DNA of 64,000 nt from an uncultured bacterium (GCA_963768305.1 CAVYHE010000007.1:125485-189484), one strand, 5' to 3'; shown: positions 10,367 to 21,228, counted from the first letter of the stretch. A program made the numbers and translations. The notes: generated by a model not told the origin, from the letters alone.

Positions 10367-10609
10367 TCATCTCCTTTGTTCTGTCATTATTTCAACTGAC
10401 ACTCTTTTGCCGCTTTTCGCCGCGGCTGCCTTGACTATAATCCTTATCGCGTTGGCTATTTTTCCTTCCTTGCCGATCACCTTTCCTGCATCGTCCGATG
10501 CCACTCTGATCTCTAATATTGTAACAGCTTCGCCTTCGGTTTGGGATACTTTCACTTCTTCAGGCTTGTCAACCAGGGAACGGACCAGAAATTCAACCAG
10601 TTCCTTCAT
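10367..10609 (-). CDS. khpA: KH-domain RNA-binding protein
   Basis: LVDKPEEV and GKVIGKEG GxxG loop; follows rpsP. Confidence 0.93.
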   Translation of the reverse strand: MKELVEFLVRSLVDKPEEVKVSQTEGEAVTILEIRVASDDAGKVIGKEGKIANAIRIIVKAAAAKSGKRVSVEIMTEQRR

Positions 10610-10618
10610 AACTATTCC

Positions 10619-10969
10619 CTATTTCTTTTCTTCCGCTTTGGCTTCAACAGCTGCTGGAACAGCCTCTGGAGCAAGTTCGGCAGATTTCCTTGGAGATTTC
10701 TTCTTATAACCGGAAAAATCGATCGCTTTTAATACGCCGATCTTTCCGAGCATTTTACGCACAGTTTCAGTGGGGATCGCGCCTTTTGCTATCCATTCAA
10801 GCACCTTTTCTTTGTCAACAGTAAAAAGCGATGGCTCAACCAATGGATTGTAATGGCCTACTACTTCTATCACACGGCCGCATCTGGCTGTCCTCTCGTC
10901 AGCAATTACCACCCTGTATGACGGTTGGCCTTTGGACCCGGTTCTGGCTAATCTGATCTTTACGGACAA
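10619..10969 (-). CDS. rpsP: 30S ribosomal protein S16
   Basis: VKIRLAR, YRVVIAD and GAIPTETV; TTG start after GGAGGT. Confidence 0.97.
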   Translation of the reverse strand: MSVKIRLARTGSKGQPSYRVVIADERTARCGRVIEVVGHYNPLVEPSLFTVDKEKVLEWIAKGAIPTETVRKMLGKIGVLKAIDFSGYKKKSPRKSAELAPEAVPAAVEAKAEEKK

Positions 10970-11010
10970 ATTTTACCTCCTGTTAAACTACGGCAAACCG
11001 CGAAATCATA

Positions 11011-12147
11011 TCACACCCTGAAGTGTTTGGCAATCTCTTCCATGCTGTCGCCGCCGTATTTCTCGAGCATCGCATCGGCAATTTCAATTGCTGTCGCAGC
11101 TTCCGCGATGACACCGGCAGCCGGAACATGGCAGACGTCGGCGCGTTCAACGTGGGATTTGACCGGCTCCTTTGTTACAAGATCCACGGAATCAAGCGGT
11201 TTTGCTATCGTGGCAACCGGCTTTACGGCGGCTCTTATTACGATAGGCTCGCCGTTCGTCATTCCGCCTTCCAGCCCTCCGGCATTATTGGAATGCCTGG
11301 TGAATTTATCCTCTTCATAATATATTTTGTCATGGACCTTTGACCCGGGAAGCGATGCAACTGTGAAACCAGCGCCTATTTCCACGCCTTTCACGGATTG
11401 AATTGACATTACGGCGGACGCAAGCTTTCCGGAAAGCCGCCTGTCAGGGTGCACATGGCTGCCAAGGCCTACCGGAGCGCCAAGAACTACAACTTCGAAA
11501 ATGCCGCCTACGGAATCTCCGTTCTTCATTGCGTCATCGACTTCTTTCTTCATTTTTTCTGCAGAAGCTTCATCAAAGCACCGTATATCGGACTTTTCCG
11601 CCAATCGGTGAATTTCATCATATTTCTTTTTATTGTCAGCCGGAAGTTTTATTGAGCCGATCTGAACTACATGGCTGAATATCGATATTTTGAATTCCGC
11701 AAGGAATTTTTTTACTATCGCACCTATAGCAACAAGCGAAACAGTGCTCCTGGCGCTGGCGCGCTCCAGGATATTTCTTATGTCCTGCTGATCGTATTTA
11801 ATGCAGCCAGCAAGGTCCGCATGGCCCGGACGCAGCTTTGTCATCGGCTCCTGGAATATGGTCTTGTCGTCTTCGACGGGCATTATTTTTTTCCAGTTCT
11901 CATAATCGAGGTTCTTTATCATCAGCGCGATCGGGCTGCCAAGAGTTTTTCCTAAGCGGATGCCTGAAAGTATTTCGGCCTTGTCGGTCTCAATGGCCAT
12001 GCGCTGTCCCCTGCCGTATCCGGCCTGCCTTCTTTTCAGTTCATCATTGATGTATTCGGAAGAAATGCGCAAATTGGCAGGCATGCCTTCAAGGATGGCA
12101 ATGATGGCCTTTCCGTGCGATTCCCCTGCAGTTAAATATCTGAGCAT
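11011..12147 (-). CDS. aroC: Chorismate synthase
   Basis: TAGESHG, RPGHADL, LERASAR and NNAGGLEGG. Confidence 0.97.
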   Translation of the reverse strand: MLRYLTAGESHGKAIIAILEGMPANLRISSEYINDELKRRQAGYGRGQRMAIETDKAEILSGIRLGKTLGSPIALMIKNLDYENWKKIMPVEDDKTIFQEPMTKLRPGHADLAGCIKYDQQDIRNILERASARSTVSLVAIGAIVKKFLAEFKISIFSHVVQIGSIKLPADNKKKYDEIHRLAEKSDIRCFDEASAEKMKKEVDDAMKNGDSVGGIFEVVVLGAPVGLGSHVHPDRRLSGKLASAVMSIQSVKGVEIGAGFTVASLPGSKVHDKIYYEEDKFTRHSNNAGGLEGGMTNGEPIVIRAAVKPVATIAKPLDSVDLVTKEPVKSHVERADVCHVPAAGVIAEAATAIEIADAMLEKYGGDSMEEIAKHFRV

Positions 12148-12220
12148 GGCAGGATTATATCATAAGCGGTTTGACTGTAAAAGAATATTGTGTTAGCATG
12201 CCGAAAACGGAGGAGGTATC

Positions 12221-15208
12221 TTGTACCTAAAAAACCTCTCGCTCAGGGGGTTTAAAACTTTTGCCGATAAGACGGTTATCGAGTTTAATCCTCCTGGCAG
12301 CATAACGGCGATCGTTGGACCCAATGGCTGCGGCAAGAGCAATCTGGTGGATGCCGTAAGATGGGTCCTTGGAGAGCAGAACCCGAAAGAACTCAGAAGT
12401 TCTGCCTTGGAGGAGGTCATTTTCGCCGGATCCACCGCCAGGAAATCGCTTTCCCTCGCTGAAGTTTCCATCGACCTTGATAACACCGACAATAAGATAA
12501 AGACCGAATTCGCCGAACTTTCGATCAAGAGAAGGACCTTCCGTTCGGGCGAAAGCGAATTTTTCATCAATAAGGCCAACTGCCGCCTAAAAGACATAAA
12601 GGACATATTCCTTGATACCGGACTCGGCGCGGGATCATATTCCATAATCACGCAGGGCCGCGTTGACGCGGTGCTTTCGTCAAAACCGGAAGATCGAAGG
12701 GAAATATTTGAAGAAGCCGCGAAAATAAATAAATATAAATTCAGGAAGACTGCCGCGGAAAGAAAATTGATATCCACGGAACAGAACATGCTCAGGATAG
12801 CGGACTTGAAAAGCGAAATATCCAACCAGCTTTCAGTACTTGAAGATCAGGCGAAAAAAGCGGCGCAGTTCAAGGAACTTAAGGACAGGCTGAAAATGCT
12901 GGATGTCGGGCTTTCAAAACGGCAGATCTCCGCGCTAAATGACAGAAAAAAGAATATTGATGAAAAAATAAACGCGCTCAGGTCGCAGCTTGAACTCGGC
13001 CTGGACATGACGCGCCAGCATGAAGCCGAAAGGGCCGCGAAAAAAGAATCGCTCAGGGCGCTTAACGGTGAGATAGAAGGCTTAAGCTTATCGATAAGCC
13101 AGTCGAAGCTCTCATACGAGGAGAATAAAAGTTCTATCCTTCTGGAGAACGAAAAGAAAAGGAACCTGGAAGAAAGGATAGAGGAGGCAAAGACCCGCCT
13201 CATTGAACAATCATCAAAACTCGCGTCGCTCAAGAACATGGAAAAAGACGCGGCGAAAGCTTTGAACGATTCGGAAAAAAGCCTTGAACTTTCCTCAAAA
13301 GAACTCGCGCAGGCTGAAGAGGCCGTTAACCGCGCGAAGAATGATCATGAAAACCTGGAAAAAGAACTGTTCGATCTCAAAGTTGCCATTCTGGACAAAG
13401 AAGGCGAGCTTTCGCTTGAACGGAACAAATTGATCGAACTGGACGGCAACCTCCGACTTGCAAAAGAGGAAGCCCGCCGGGATGAGGGATCGATAACCAA
13501 GCTAGCATCGGAGGAAAAAGGACTCTCTGAAAAACTGGAGCATTTAAGATCGCTTTCGACTTCTCTGGAAGGCCGTCTGCAAAACGATGTCGGCCACGCA
13601 GATGTGCTTACCTCTATAGAGACAGTGAAAATAGCTTTTGGCGGGATCCACGGCGCGGTTGCGGGTTTGATCAAGGATAACGCCGAAATTGAAGCTGAAC
13701 TCGCATACGGCCCGGATATCAACGTTAATAAAGTGATGCTGAACGGCGATCTTATTTTTTCGAACGGATCTCTTACAGGCGGAAGCATTAAAGAAAAGAT
13801 CAAGGCGGTCATGGAAAAAGAAAGAAAGATCGAGACCTTGATCGAACAGGCGAAAGTGAACCACGAATCTGAAGCAAAGGTGCTGGAACTAAAGAACACC
13901 GCAGAAGAGCTTGAACTGGCCAAAAGAAGCCTGGTGGCAAGGGAGAAAGAACTGGAAGATATCCATGCAAGAAAAGAAGAGCTTTCTACGAACATATCTT
14001 CTTTGGAAAAAGAGAACGGGGCCTTGAATGACAGCTTGGCCGCCCTTAATGTTAAACTTAGCGCTGTTGCAAAAGAAAAGGAAACGCTGTATTCCGGCTT
14101 CGCGGAGATAAAGGCTTCACATGCCGGAATTTCATCTGGGCATGAAAATCTTCAAAAAGAATTCATAAATGTCCGCTCCGATATCCAGTCAATAAATGAT
14201 TTCGTCGCGTCATACAACAAAGAAGAGATGGAAGATAAGCTTTCCCAAACCATAGCGCGCATTAAAGAACTTGAAGTTTCGCTCCCGAAGATCGCGGAGA
14301 ACGAGAAAATTTTCGAGAAAAACCTGGCATCAAGCATTCAGGCAAGATCAAAGCTTGAAACCGAGATAGAAGAAGTGGAAAAAATGCTTTCCGGCGGCAC
14401 AAGCGATGACAGGTCAATAAGAGATTCGCTTTCCAAGGAAGAAGTGTCGCTGGCAAAGCTTGAAGGCGAATTGATGGCGATAAGCGAAAAAATGCTGAAT
14501 GAATACGGAATGACGATTGAAAATATAATCGCAAGCGAGCTGACGATACCAGCCGCCACAAAAGCAAAAGAAGAGGCGGAAATGTTAAGGAAAGGCATTG
14601 CAGAGCTTGGTTTGGTAAATCTTCTGGCTTCCGAGGAATTCGAAAAAGCAAAAGAGAGGTTTGGGTTCATAGAGAGCCAGTTCAATGACCTGACGGTCGC
14701 AAGGGAGAACCTTTCCAATCTGATAAAAGAGCTGGACGCGAAAGCCAGGGAGGATTTCATTGAAACAATGAAAATCATAAATGCTAATTTCTCGGAAATA
14801 TTCGCCACATTGTTCGAAGGCGGGGAAGCAAAATTGATTATTCCTGAAGGTGAAGATCTTCTTGAAGGCGGAATAGAAATAATCGCAAGACCCGGCGGAA
14901 AGAAATGGCTTAACCTTTCCGCAATGTCAGGCGGCGAGCGGTCGCTTACGGCGATCGCGCTCCTGTTCGCGCTGCTTAAGACACATCCGAGCCCGTTCTG
15001 CCTTTTTGATGAAGCGGATTCTGCGCTTGATGAAGCGAACATACTCAGGTTCACGAAACTTTTGAAGGAATTCTCAAAGCAAACCCAGGTAGTGCTTATC
15101 ACCCACAATAAGCAGACCATGGAGATTGCGGATACAATGTACGGGATAACCATGGAAGAACCCGGGGTATCAAAAGTCATCTCCGTAAAGCTGGCAAAGG
15201 CCGCTTGA
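12221..15208 (+). CDS. smc: Chromosome segregation ATPase SMC, short (995 aa) with a reduced hinge
   Basis: Walker A GPNGCGKS, Q-loop IITQG, signature SGGE, Walker B LFDEADSALD, ITHNK and long coiled coils. Confidence 0.92.
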   Translation: MYLKNLSLRGFKTFADKTVIEFNPPGSITAIVGPNGCGKSNLVDAVRWVLGEQNPKELRSSALEEVIFAGSTARKSLSLAEVSIDLDNTDNKIKTEFAELSIKRRTFRSGESEFFINKANCRLKDIKDIFLDTGLGAGSYSIITQGRVDAVLSSKPEDRREIFEEAAKINKYKFRKTAAERKLISTEQNMLRIADLKSEISNQLSVLEDQAKKAAQFKELKDRLKMLDVGLSKRQISALNDRKKNIDEKINALRSQLELGLDMTRQHEAERAAKKESLRALNGEIEGLSLSISQSKLSYEENKSSILLENEKKRNLEERIEEAKTRLIEQSSKLASLKNMEKDAAKALNDSEKSLELSSKELAQAEEAVNRAKNDHENLEKELFDLKVAILDKEGELSLERNKLIELDGNLRLAKEEARRDEGSITKLASEEKGLSEKLEHLRSLSTSLEGRLQNDVGHADVLTSIETVKIAFGGIHGAVAGLIKDNAEIEAELAYGPDINVNKVMLNGDLIFSNGSLTGGSIKEKIKAVMEKERKIETLIEQAKVNHESEAKVLELKNTAEELELAKRSLVAREKELEDIHARKEELSTNISSLEKENGALNDSLAALNVKLSAVAKEKETLYSGFAEIKASHAGISSGHENLQKEFINVRSDIQSINDFVASYNKEEMEDKLSQTIARIKELEVSLPKIAENEKIFEKNLASSIQARSKLETEIEEVEKMLSGGTSDDRSIRDSLSKEEVSLAKLEGELMAISEKMLNEYGMTIENIIASELTIPAATKAKEEAEMLRKGIAELGLVNLLASEEFEKAKERFGFIESQFNDLTVARENLSNLIKELDAKAREDFIETMKIINANFSEIFATLFEGGEAKLIIPEGEDLLEGGIEIIARPGGKKWLNLSAMSGGERSLTAIALLFALLKTHPSPFCLFDEADSALDEANILRFTKLLKEFSKQTQVVLITHNKQTMEIADTMYGITMEEPGVSKVISVKLAKAA

Positions 15209-17913
15209 TGCTTAGGCTCATCTTAATATTGATCCTTATCTCTTCTCCCATCTCTTCCTTTTCTCAAATAAAGAAAAATGAACCGATATCCGAAAAAACC
15301 TTATGGCAAAAGAACGGAATAGTCATAAATAACTCACTTGGAAGAACTGCTAGGCAGAATGCAAGGATAGTCAGCCTGGATGACGGCTCTTCGGTTTTGG
15401 CCTGGGAAGACGAAAGAAATGGAAAATATAATATTTACGCGCAGAGGCTGGATGCAAAAGGCGCCAAGCTCTGGGGAGAAGGCGGGATTGGAGTATGCAC
15501 TGCGGGTGGCAATCAAATTTCGCCGCAGATGATCTCTGTTGGGACATCTGTCATTGTCACATGGCAGGATCACAGAGGAGATTACAGCAATATTTACACG
15601 CAAAAGATCGATTCGCATGGGAATATTGTCTGGGATAAGAACGGTGTCGCAGTATGTAAAGTGCCGGCAAACCAGATGGCCCCCGAACTTGCCAGCGATG
15701 GCAAAGGCGGCGCGATCATCACATGGTACGATTACAGGTCTAAATTAGGCGAAGATATTTACGCGCAAAATATAAATGCCGCCGGCTCACCGGAATGGCA
15801 GACAGACGGCGTGCCGGTCTGCACTGAGAACGGGACCCAGTGGTTCCCGAAGATACTCTCTGACGGCGCAGGCGGCGCGGTGATTTGCTGGAACGACAAG
15901 AGAGGTACTGATTACGATATATATATTCAAAGGCTTGATCCGAAAGGCAGCTCCCTGTGGCAGGTGAACGGAATCCCTGTCTGTAAATATAATGAGAACC
16001 AGGAATTATGCCAAATAGCTTCGTGCGATGCAGATTCTTTTGTGATCGTATGGCAGGATTACAGGAACATGGACGCGAACATATACGCGCAAAAAATGAA
16101 CATGGACGGAAGATATCTCTGGAAAATGGATGGGGTAAAAGTCTGCGACACGCGCGGAAATCAGGAGAGGCCTCAGATCGCCGCGGGAAAAGATCCTGTG
16201 ATATTCTGGACCGACTTCAGGAAAGGTTCCGGCAATTCCGACATTTTCTGCCAGAAAATGTCAGCGACCGGGACTCCCGAGTGGGATCCTCACGGTGTTC
16301 CAATATGTGAAGCTCCCGGAAATCAGGACAACATAAGAACAGTCCCTGATGGGACCGGCGGCGCAGTAATAGTTTGGGAAGATAACAGGAGCAGCGGGGC
16401 CGGGATCTTTGCAAGAAGAGTAAAAAATGACGGAAGTACCGCATGGGCAGCCGATGGCACGGTTGTGTGCACGGAAAAAAATGACGCGGAATTTCCGCAG
16501 ATATCGACCTCAAACGGAAATATTGTGATCGCCTGGCAGGACAAAAGAAATGGCGGGACCGATGTATTAGCGCAAAGCTTGGATATGAACGGCAAAACAA
16601 ATTGGAGAAATAACGGTCTTGAAATTGTGACAGGGTTAGGCTTTGTTTCTCATCAAAAACCTCGGATCAAAAGGATCGGCGAAGTAGAATATATTATAGT
16701 TTGGGAAGACGGCCGAAACGGCTATTCGAACATTTACGCTCAAAAGATCGATAATAACGGGAAGTCGCTTTGGAATGCGGAAGGTATAAGAATATGCGGC
16801 GCCGAAGGGGACCAGTACGATCCCGAGCTTATCGCCGATGGCAGCGGCGGAGCTATAATCGTCTGGGAAGACAGCAGGTCCGCTAACTCATCAATATACG
16901 CTCAAAGGCTGGATAAATCCGGCAAAAAACTTTGGAATGAAGACGGAATTCGCGTATGCCAGTATGAAGGAGCCGCTATGAGCCCGAAATTGGCATCGGA
17001 TACAAAGAACGGAGTAATAATAGTCTGGCAGGGAATGAAAGAGAATGAAAACCATTACTCCGTCTATGCTCAAAGGATCGACGAGAACGGGATCGTGCTG
17101 TGGCGGCCGGACGGAGTATCCGTTAAGAACGCGCTTGGCTCCCAAATGGACCCTCAAGTCGCATCCGACGGCAAAGAAGGAGCATTTATAACATGGACGG
17201 AATACGGGCAAAATTCCGTTACTCCTGATATTATCGCCCAGAATATCGATTTGAACGGGAACATATTGTGGGCAAATGACGGAGTTGCGGTATCTAAATC
17301 GCCGGGCTCGCAAAAAAAGCCGGTCATAGGATCAAATGATGAAATAATCATCGCATGGGAAGACAATGGCAAGGGTAATTATGATATTTATGCGCAAAAA
17401 CTGGGCAAAGATGGAATGGTATCATGGCAAACGGACGGGATGCCGGTTTGCTGTGCACCTATGAGCCAGGTGGACCCGAAGCTTGTCCTGAACGATGACG
17501 GAGGCGCGACTTTTGTTTGGGAAGATTACAGGAACAATAACTGGAACATTTATTCCCAACGACTTAACTTATCAGGAGCCCAAATGTGGGCCGAGAATGG
17601 CGTTGAAGTGTGTACGGTACCAGGCACACATTATGCTCCTCGGCTTGTCAAAAGCGGCGGATCATCCGCAATAATCGTTTGGGAAGATTACAGATCAAAT
17701 AAAGAATATGATATCTTCACTCAAAAAATATCAGAATCAGGTGAAGCACTTTGGGAAAAAGACGGGATCCCTATTTGCATAACTGACGGGGGCTCCAGGA
17801 ATCCCCAGCTTGCCGACGACGGAAAAGGCGGAGCAGTGGTAGTGTGGACCGATTTCAGGAACGGATCGCCGGATATTTACGCACAAAGGATAAATGATAC
17901 TGAAAATAAATAA
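15205..17913 (+). CDS. Exported beta-propeller-like repeat protein
   Basis: Signal peptide followed by 16 repeats of about 55 aa with consensus W-x-D-x-R...(D/N)IYAQ(R/K). Confidence 0.8.
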   Translation: MMLRLILILILISSPISSFSQIKKNEPISEKTLWQKNGIVINNSLGRTARQNARIVSLDDGSSVLAWEDERNGKYNIYAQRLDAKGAKLWGEGGIGVCTAGGNQISPQMISVGTSVIVTWQDHRGDYSNIYTQKIDSHGNIVWDKNGVAVCKVPANQMAPELASDGKGGAIITWYDYRSKLGEDIYAQNINAAGSPEWQTDGVPVCTENGTQWFPKILSDGAGGAVICWNDKRGTDYDIYIQRLDPKGSSLWQVNGIPVCKYNENQELCQIASCDADSFVIVWQDYRNMDANIYAQKMNMDGRYLWKMDGVKVCDTRGNQERPQIAAGKDPVIFWTDFRKGSGNSDIFCQKMSATGTPEWDPHGVPICEAPGNQDNIRTVPDGTGGAVIVWEDNRSSGAGIFARRVKNDGSTAWAADGTVVCTEKNDAEFPQISTSNGNIVIAWQDKRNGGTDVLAQSLDMNGKTNWRNNGLEIVTGLGFVSHQKPRIKRIGEVEYIIVWEDGRNGYSNIYAQKIDNNGKSLWNAEGIRICGAEGDQYDPELIADGSGGAIIVWEDSRSANSSIYAQRLDKSGKKLWNEDGIRVCQYEGAAMSPKLASDTKNGVIIVWQGMKENENHYSVYAQRIDENGIVLWRPDGVSVKNALGSQMDPQVASDGKEGAFITWTEYGQNSVTPDIIAQNIDLNGNILWANDGVAVSKSPGSQKKPVIGSNDEIIIAWEDNGKGNYDIYAQKLGKDGMVSWQTDGMPVCCAPMSQVDPKLVLNDDGGATFVWEDYRNNNWNIYSQRLNLSGAQMWAENGVEVCTVPGTHYAPRLVKSGGSSAIIVWEDYRSNKEYDIFTQKISESGEALWEKDGIPICITDGGSRNPQLADDGKGGAVVVWTDFRNGSPDIYAQRINDTENK

Positions 17914-19219
17914 TCTGACCGCCTCATTACTTATGGTTTTAGCTTTTATGTTTTTTCTTCCTTTTCCATGTTCGTGCGGACCGGATCAAAAGATTTCAAC
18001 CGACAGTGAACAAATAATGCCCGGAATAAAATTCTCCTGCCTGATCAGGCCGTCATCAACAGGCTCTTTGCGCGTGAACATATTAAAGATAGATCTTAAG
18101 AATGAAAAAATAAACATGAGACCATGCCTGGCAAAGGGCGTCATCGGGAACCTGGAAAGAACGAGCAGCATCGCTGAAAGGAATAATGCCGTCGCTGCTG
18201 TAAATGGGTCATTTTTTGAGACGAGAAATAAGCTTCACCTGCCGGTGGGTTTTATGATAATAAACGGACAGATAGTCAACAGATCTATCCTGCAAAGAAC
18301 GACCATCGGTATAACAAAAGACAAGCAGATAATATTCGGGATCCCGAAAATAAAAGGATATGTCATAAATCTGAGCAACAGGAAGAGCGTGAAGATATGG
18401 GGTATAAACAGGCCCAGAAAAAATAATGAGGCCGTGATATATACCAGGGAATACGGGGAAAACACCGGCACGGACCAGTCCGGGATTGAAATAGCCGTAA
18501 AATCCGACGGCACGATAAGGAAGATAAGCTTCGGTAATTCACGTATTCCGAGGGACGGGTTCGTCCTTTCCCTCCAGGGATGGCCGGCGGATTTCGCGCT
18601 TAAAACAAAGAACTCCGATAAGATAGGACTGGTCTATGATCTCTCGGAAAAATGGAAAGATGTTGAGCAGGCAATAACCGCAGGACCGCTTCTGGTTAAG
18701 GACGGGGAAATTCAAAAAGAAAGCATCGCGTCCGAGAATTTCAACAATAAAATGCTTGCGCCTACCTCCAGGACGGCGATCGGGGTTTCAAAGGATAATG
18801 AATTGATACTCGTGGTTGTTGACGGGAAACAATCATCAAAAGAGATCTCTGGAGCCACGTTCGACGAAATGGCCGGGATAATGAAAGATGCCGGGGCGGT
18901 CGGCGCTATCGGTCTTGATGGCGGACACACCAGCACTATGTATTTGAATGGAAAGATCGTCAATGCCCCTTTAATGAAAGACGAAGGCCGCGTAAGCAAC
19001 GCGATAGTTATTACGTATGACGGATGGGAAACCCCGATTGCTTTACAACCAGGACCCTCCGGGTATGTTTATGCTCCACCGGATGAAGAAATGATAGAAG
19101 CGCTGAAGAACGATGCGAATATGGCGCCTTCATCTTATGTGCCCCGGCCGGAGGATTTCGGGATGTTCGGTATGGATGATACCTATAACAGAATGATAAG
19201 GCCTTTTATTCCGAGATAG
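17894..19219 (+). CDS. Phosphodiester glycosidase (NAGPA/DUF2233) family protein
   Basis: AAVNGSFF, AGPLLVKDG, RTAIG, VVVDG, LDGGHTS and VSNAI. Confidence 0.85.
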   Translation: MILKINNLTASLLMVLAFMFFLPFPCSCGPDQKISTDSEQIMPGIKFSCLIRPSSTGSLRVNILKIDLKNEKINMRPCLAKGVIGNLERTSSIAERNNAVAAVNGSFFETRNKLHLPVGFMIINGQIVNRSILQRTTIGITKDKQIIFGIPKIKGYVINLSNRKSVKIWGINRPRKNNEAVIYTREYGENTGTDQSGIEIAVKSDGTIRKISFGNSRIPRDGFVLSLQGWPADFALKTKNSDKIGLVYDLSEKWKDVEQAITAGPLLVKDGEIQKESIASENFNNKMLAPTSRTAIGVSKDNELILVVVDGKQSSKEISGATFDEMAGIMKDAGAVGAIGLDGGHTSTMYLNGKIVNAPLMKDEGRVSNAIVITYDGWETPIALQPGPSGYVYAPPDEEMIEALKNDANMAPSSYVPRPEDFGMFGMDDTYNRMIRPFIPR

Positions 19220-19316
19220 TTTTCAGATAGAGCTTTGGCAATAGCGATTACAGTTGAAGGTTTCCTTAATTTATGCTATAAGTTTATTGCTCAAAAGTTC
19301 GTAAGGAGGCGTAAAA

Positions 19317-20036
19317 ATGAAAAAATCAATGCTATTGGTCCTGGGTTGTGCTTTTATTTTTGCTTGCGGTTTCGCGGGGCCAGCTCCTTCGGCATCTTCC
19401 AGTAATCCATCAACCTTTTCAAGCAGCAATCCTTCTGCCGCTTCAAATGTTTATATGATCGAGGATTTCGAGTCAGGCAACTATACAGCAAATCCTGAAT
19501 GGTGGAAGTTCGACAACATCATCGCTACGGTAGTTAACAACGCGCAATTTCAGGGAGGCGACCCGGCAGTTGTCGCAGCGGTCGGAAAATACTCGCTTAA
19601 TGTAACCGGCAGTGCCACAGACTGGTACGCGGGCGGAATGGGAACATATCTCGCAAGAAAGAACAATGATCTGGGCAAATATACTGCCGTCCAGATGGAC
19701 GTTTTCGGAAAAGGTCCCGGATCAGGAACAATAAAGATAGAGCTGGTTGATGATGATAAAGGCAACTGGCAGGTGGAGCAGGATTCAAAAGGCGTGCCGC
19801 TTTATGATGATCAGTTCGTTTATAACATAACAGTGGACTGGACAGGATGGAAAGGGGTTATCATTCCGTTCAGCGATTTCACTCTTGATAATCCAGGTAA
19901 AGGCGATGGCATACTGAATGTCGGTCAGAAGGATGGAAAGGGCGGGTTGCTACAAATGCAGCTCATTTTTATTGCTTCGAAGAAGACCGGCTCATTAAAT
20001 TATAACGTTGATAACATTTCACTGGTAAAGCAATAA
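19317..20036 (+). CDS. Exported carbohydrate-binding (CBM11/galactose-binding-like) protein
   Basis: Signal peptide, Ser/Pro linker, IEDFE, VDWTGWK..IPFSDF and VDNI jelly-roll motifs. Confidence 0.65.
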   Translation: MKKSMLLVLGCAFIFACGFAGPAPSASSSNPSTFSSSNPSAASNVYMIEDFESGNYTANPEWWKFDNIIATVVNNAQFQGGDPAVVAAVGKYSLNVTGSATDWYAGGMGTYLARKNNDLGKYTAVQMDVFGKGPGSGTIKIELVDDDKGNWQVEQDSKGVPLYDDQFVYNITVDWTGWKGVIIPFSDFTLDNPGKGDGILNVGQKDGKGGLLQMQLIFIASKKTGSLNYNVDNISLVKQ

Positions 20037-20037
20037 G

Positions 20038-21228
20038 TCAGATCCCGGCTTCTTTTTTCAGTATCGTTGCCTTGTCAGTTTTTTCCCAAGGAAGGTCAAG
20101 TTCCGGCCTTCCGAAATGTCCGTAAGCCGCAACCTGCTTGTAAAGCGGCTTTCTCAGCCCCAAGTGCTTGATTATCATCCCGGGCCTGAAGTCAAAATGC
20201 TTTTCGATCAATTTGTTGATCTGCTCATCCGGTATCTTCCCTGTTCCGAATGTGTCAACCATTACAGAGAGAGGCTTCGCCACGCCGATAGCATAGGCGA
20301 CCTGGACTTCGCACCTGGACGCGATGCCGGCCGCAACTATATTTTTCGCGACATATCTCATGATGTAGCTTCCTGAACGGTCGACTTTTGTCGGATCCTT
20401 CCCTGAAAAACATCCGCCGCCGTGATGCGCGCTTCCGCCGTAGGTGTCGATGATTATCTTGCGGCCGGTCAGTCCAGTATCTCCCTGCGGCCCGCCGATG
20501 ACGAATCTGCCGGTGGGATTTACGTAGAACTTTGTCTTGCTGTCCATGAAATCAGCGGGAATTGTTTTTTTAATTACCTGTTCAATTATGTCTTCTTTGA
20601 TCTTTCCATATTTAACATCCGGTGAGTGCTGGGCCGCGATGAGAACGCTATCCACCCTTACCGGCTTATTGCCGTCATATTCCACTGTTACCTGTGATTT
20701 GCCATCCGGCCTCAAGTATTTCAGCGTGCCGTTCTTTCTGATCTCCGCAAGTTTTTGCGCGAGTCTCTGAGCAAGTGTGATCGGCATCGGCATCAGTTCC
20801 GGGGTTTCATTTGTCGCGTACCCGAACATAAGCCCCTGGTCCCCTGCCCCGAGCCCTTCCAGGTCTTCATGGATAACCTCTCCGCCTTTGGATTCAAAGC
20901 TTTTGTCAACTCCCATTGCAATATCCCGGGACTGTTCTTTGATCGAGATCATGACTCCGCAAGTTTCGTAGTCAAATCCTATGTCCCTGCTGACATATCC
21001 GATGTCGCGGATCGTATTTCGAATGATGGTCGGCATATCAACGTAGCAGCCGGTAGTGATCTCCCCGGCAACGAAGACCAACCCGTTAGTGGTAAGCGCT
21101 TCGCACGCGACCCTTGCCTGCGGATCTTTTTCGATTATCGCGTCCAGTATCGCGTCCGCTATCTGGTCGCACATCTTGTCCGGATGCCCTTCCGTCACTG
21201 ATTCCGAAGTGAACAAATATCTGCTCAA
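20038..21228 (-). CDS. metK: S-adenosylmethionine synthetase
   Basis: [28 protein letters not shown] and YGHFGR. Confidence 0.98.
   Translation of the reverse strand: MSRYLFTSESVTEGHPDKMCDQIADAILDAIIEKDPQARVACEALTTNGLVFVAGEITTGCYVDMPTIIRNTIRDIGYVSRDIGFDYETCGVMISIKEQSRDIAMGVDKSFESKGGEVIHEDLEGLGAGDQGLMFGYATNETPELMPMPITLAQRLAQKLAEIRKNGTLKYLRPDGKSQVTVEYDGNKPVRVDSVLIAAQHSPDVKYGKIKEDIIEQVIKKTIPADFMDSKTKFYVNPTGRFVIGGPQGDTGLTGRKIIIDTYGGSAHHGGGCFSGKDPTKVDRSGSYIMRYVAKNIVAAGIASRCEVQVAYAIGVAKPLSVMVDTFGTGKIPDEQINKLIEKHFDFRPGMIIKHLGLRKPLYKQVAAYGHFGRPELDLPWEKTDKATILKKEAGI

Noticed and set aside
12193..15180. Long antisense ORFs inside smc (also inside tuf, DUF47 and the fab genes)
   Set aside because: Shadow frames of well-supported genes with no recognisable motifs
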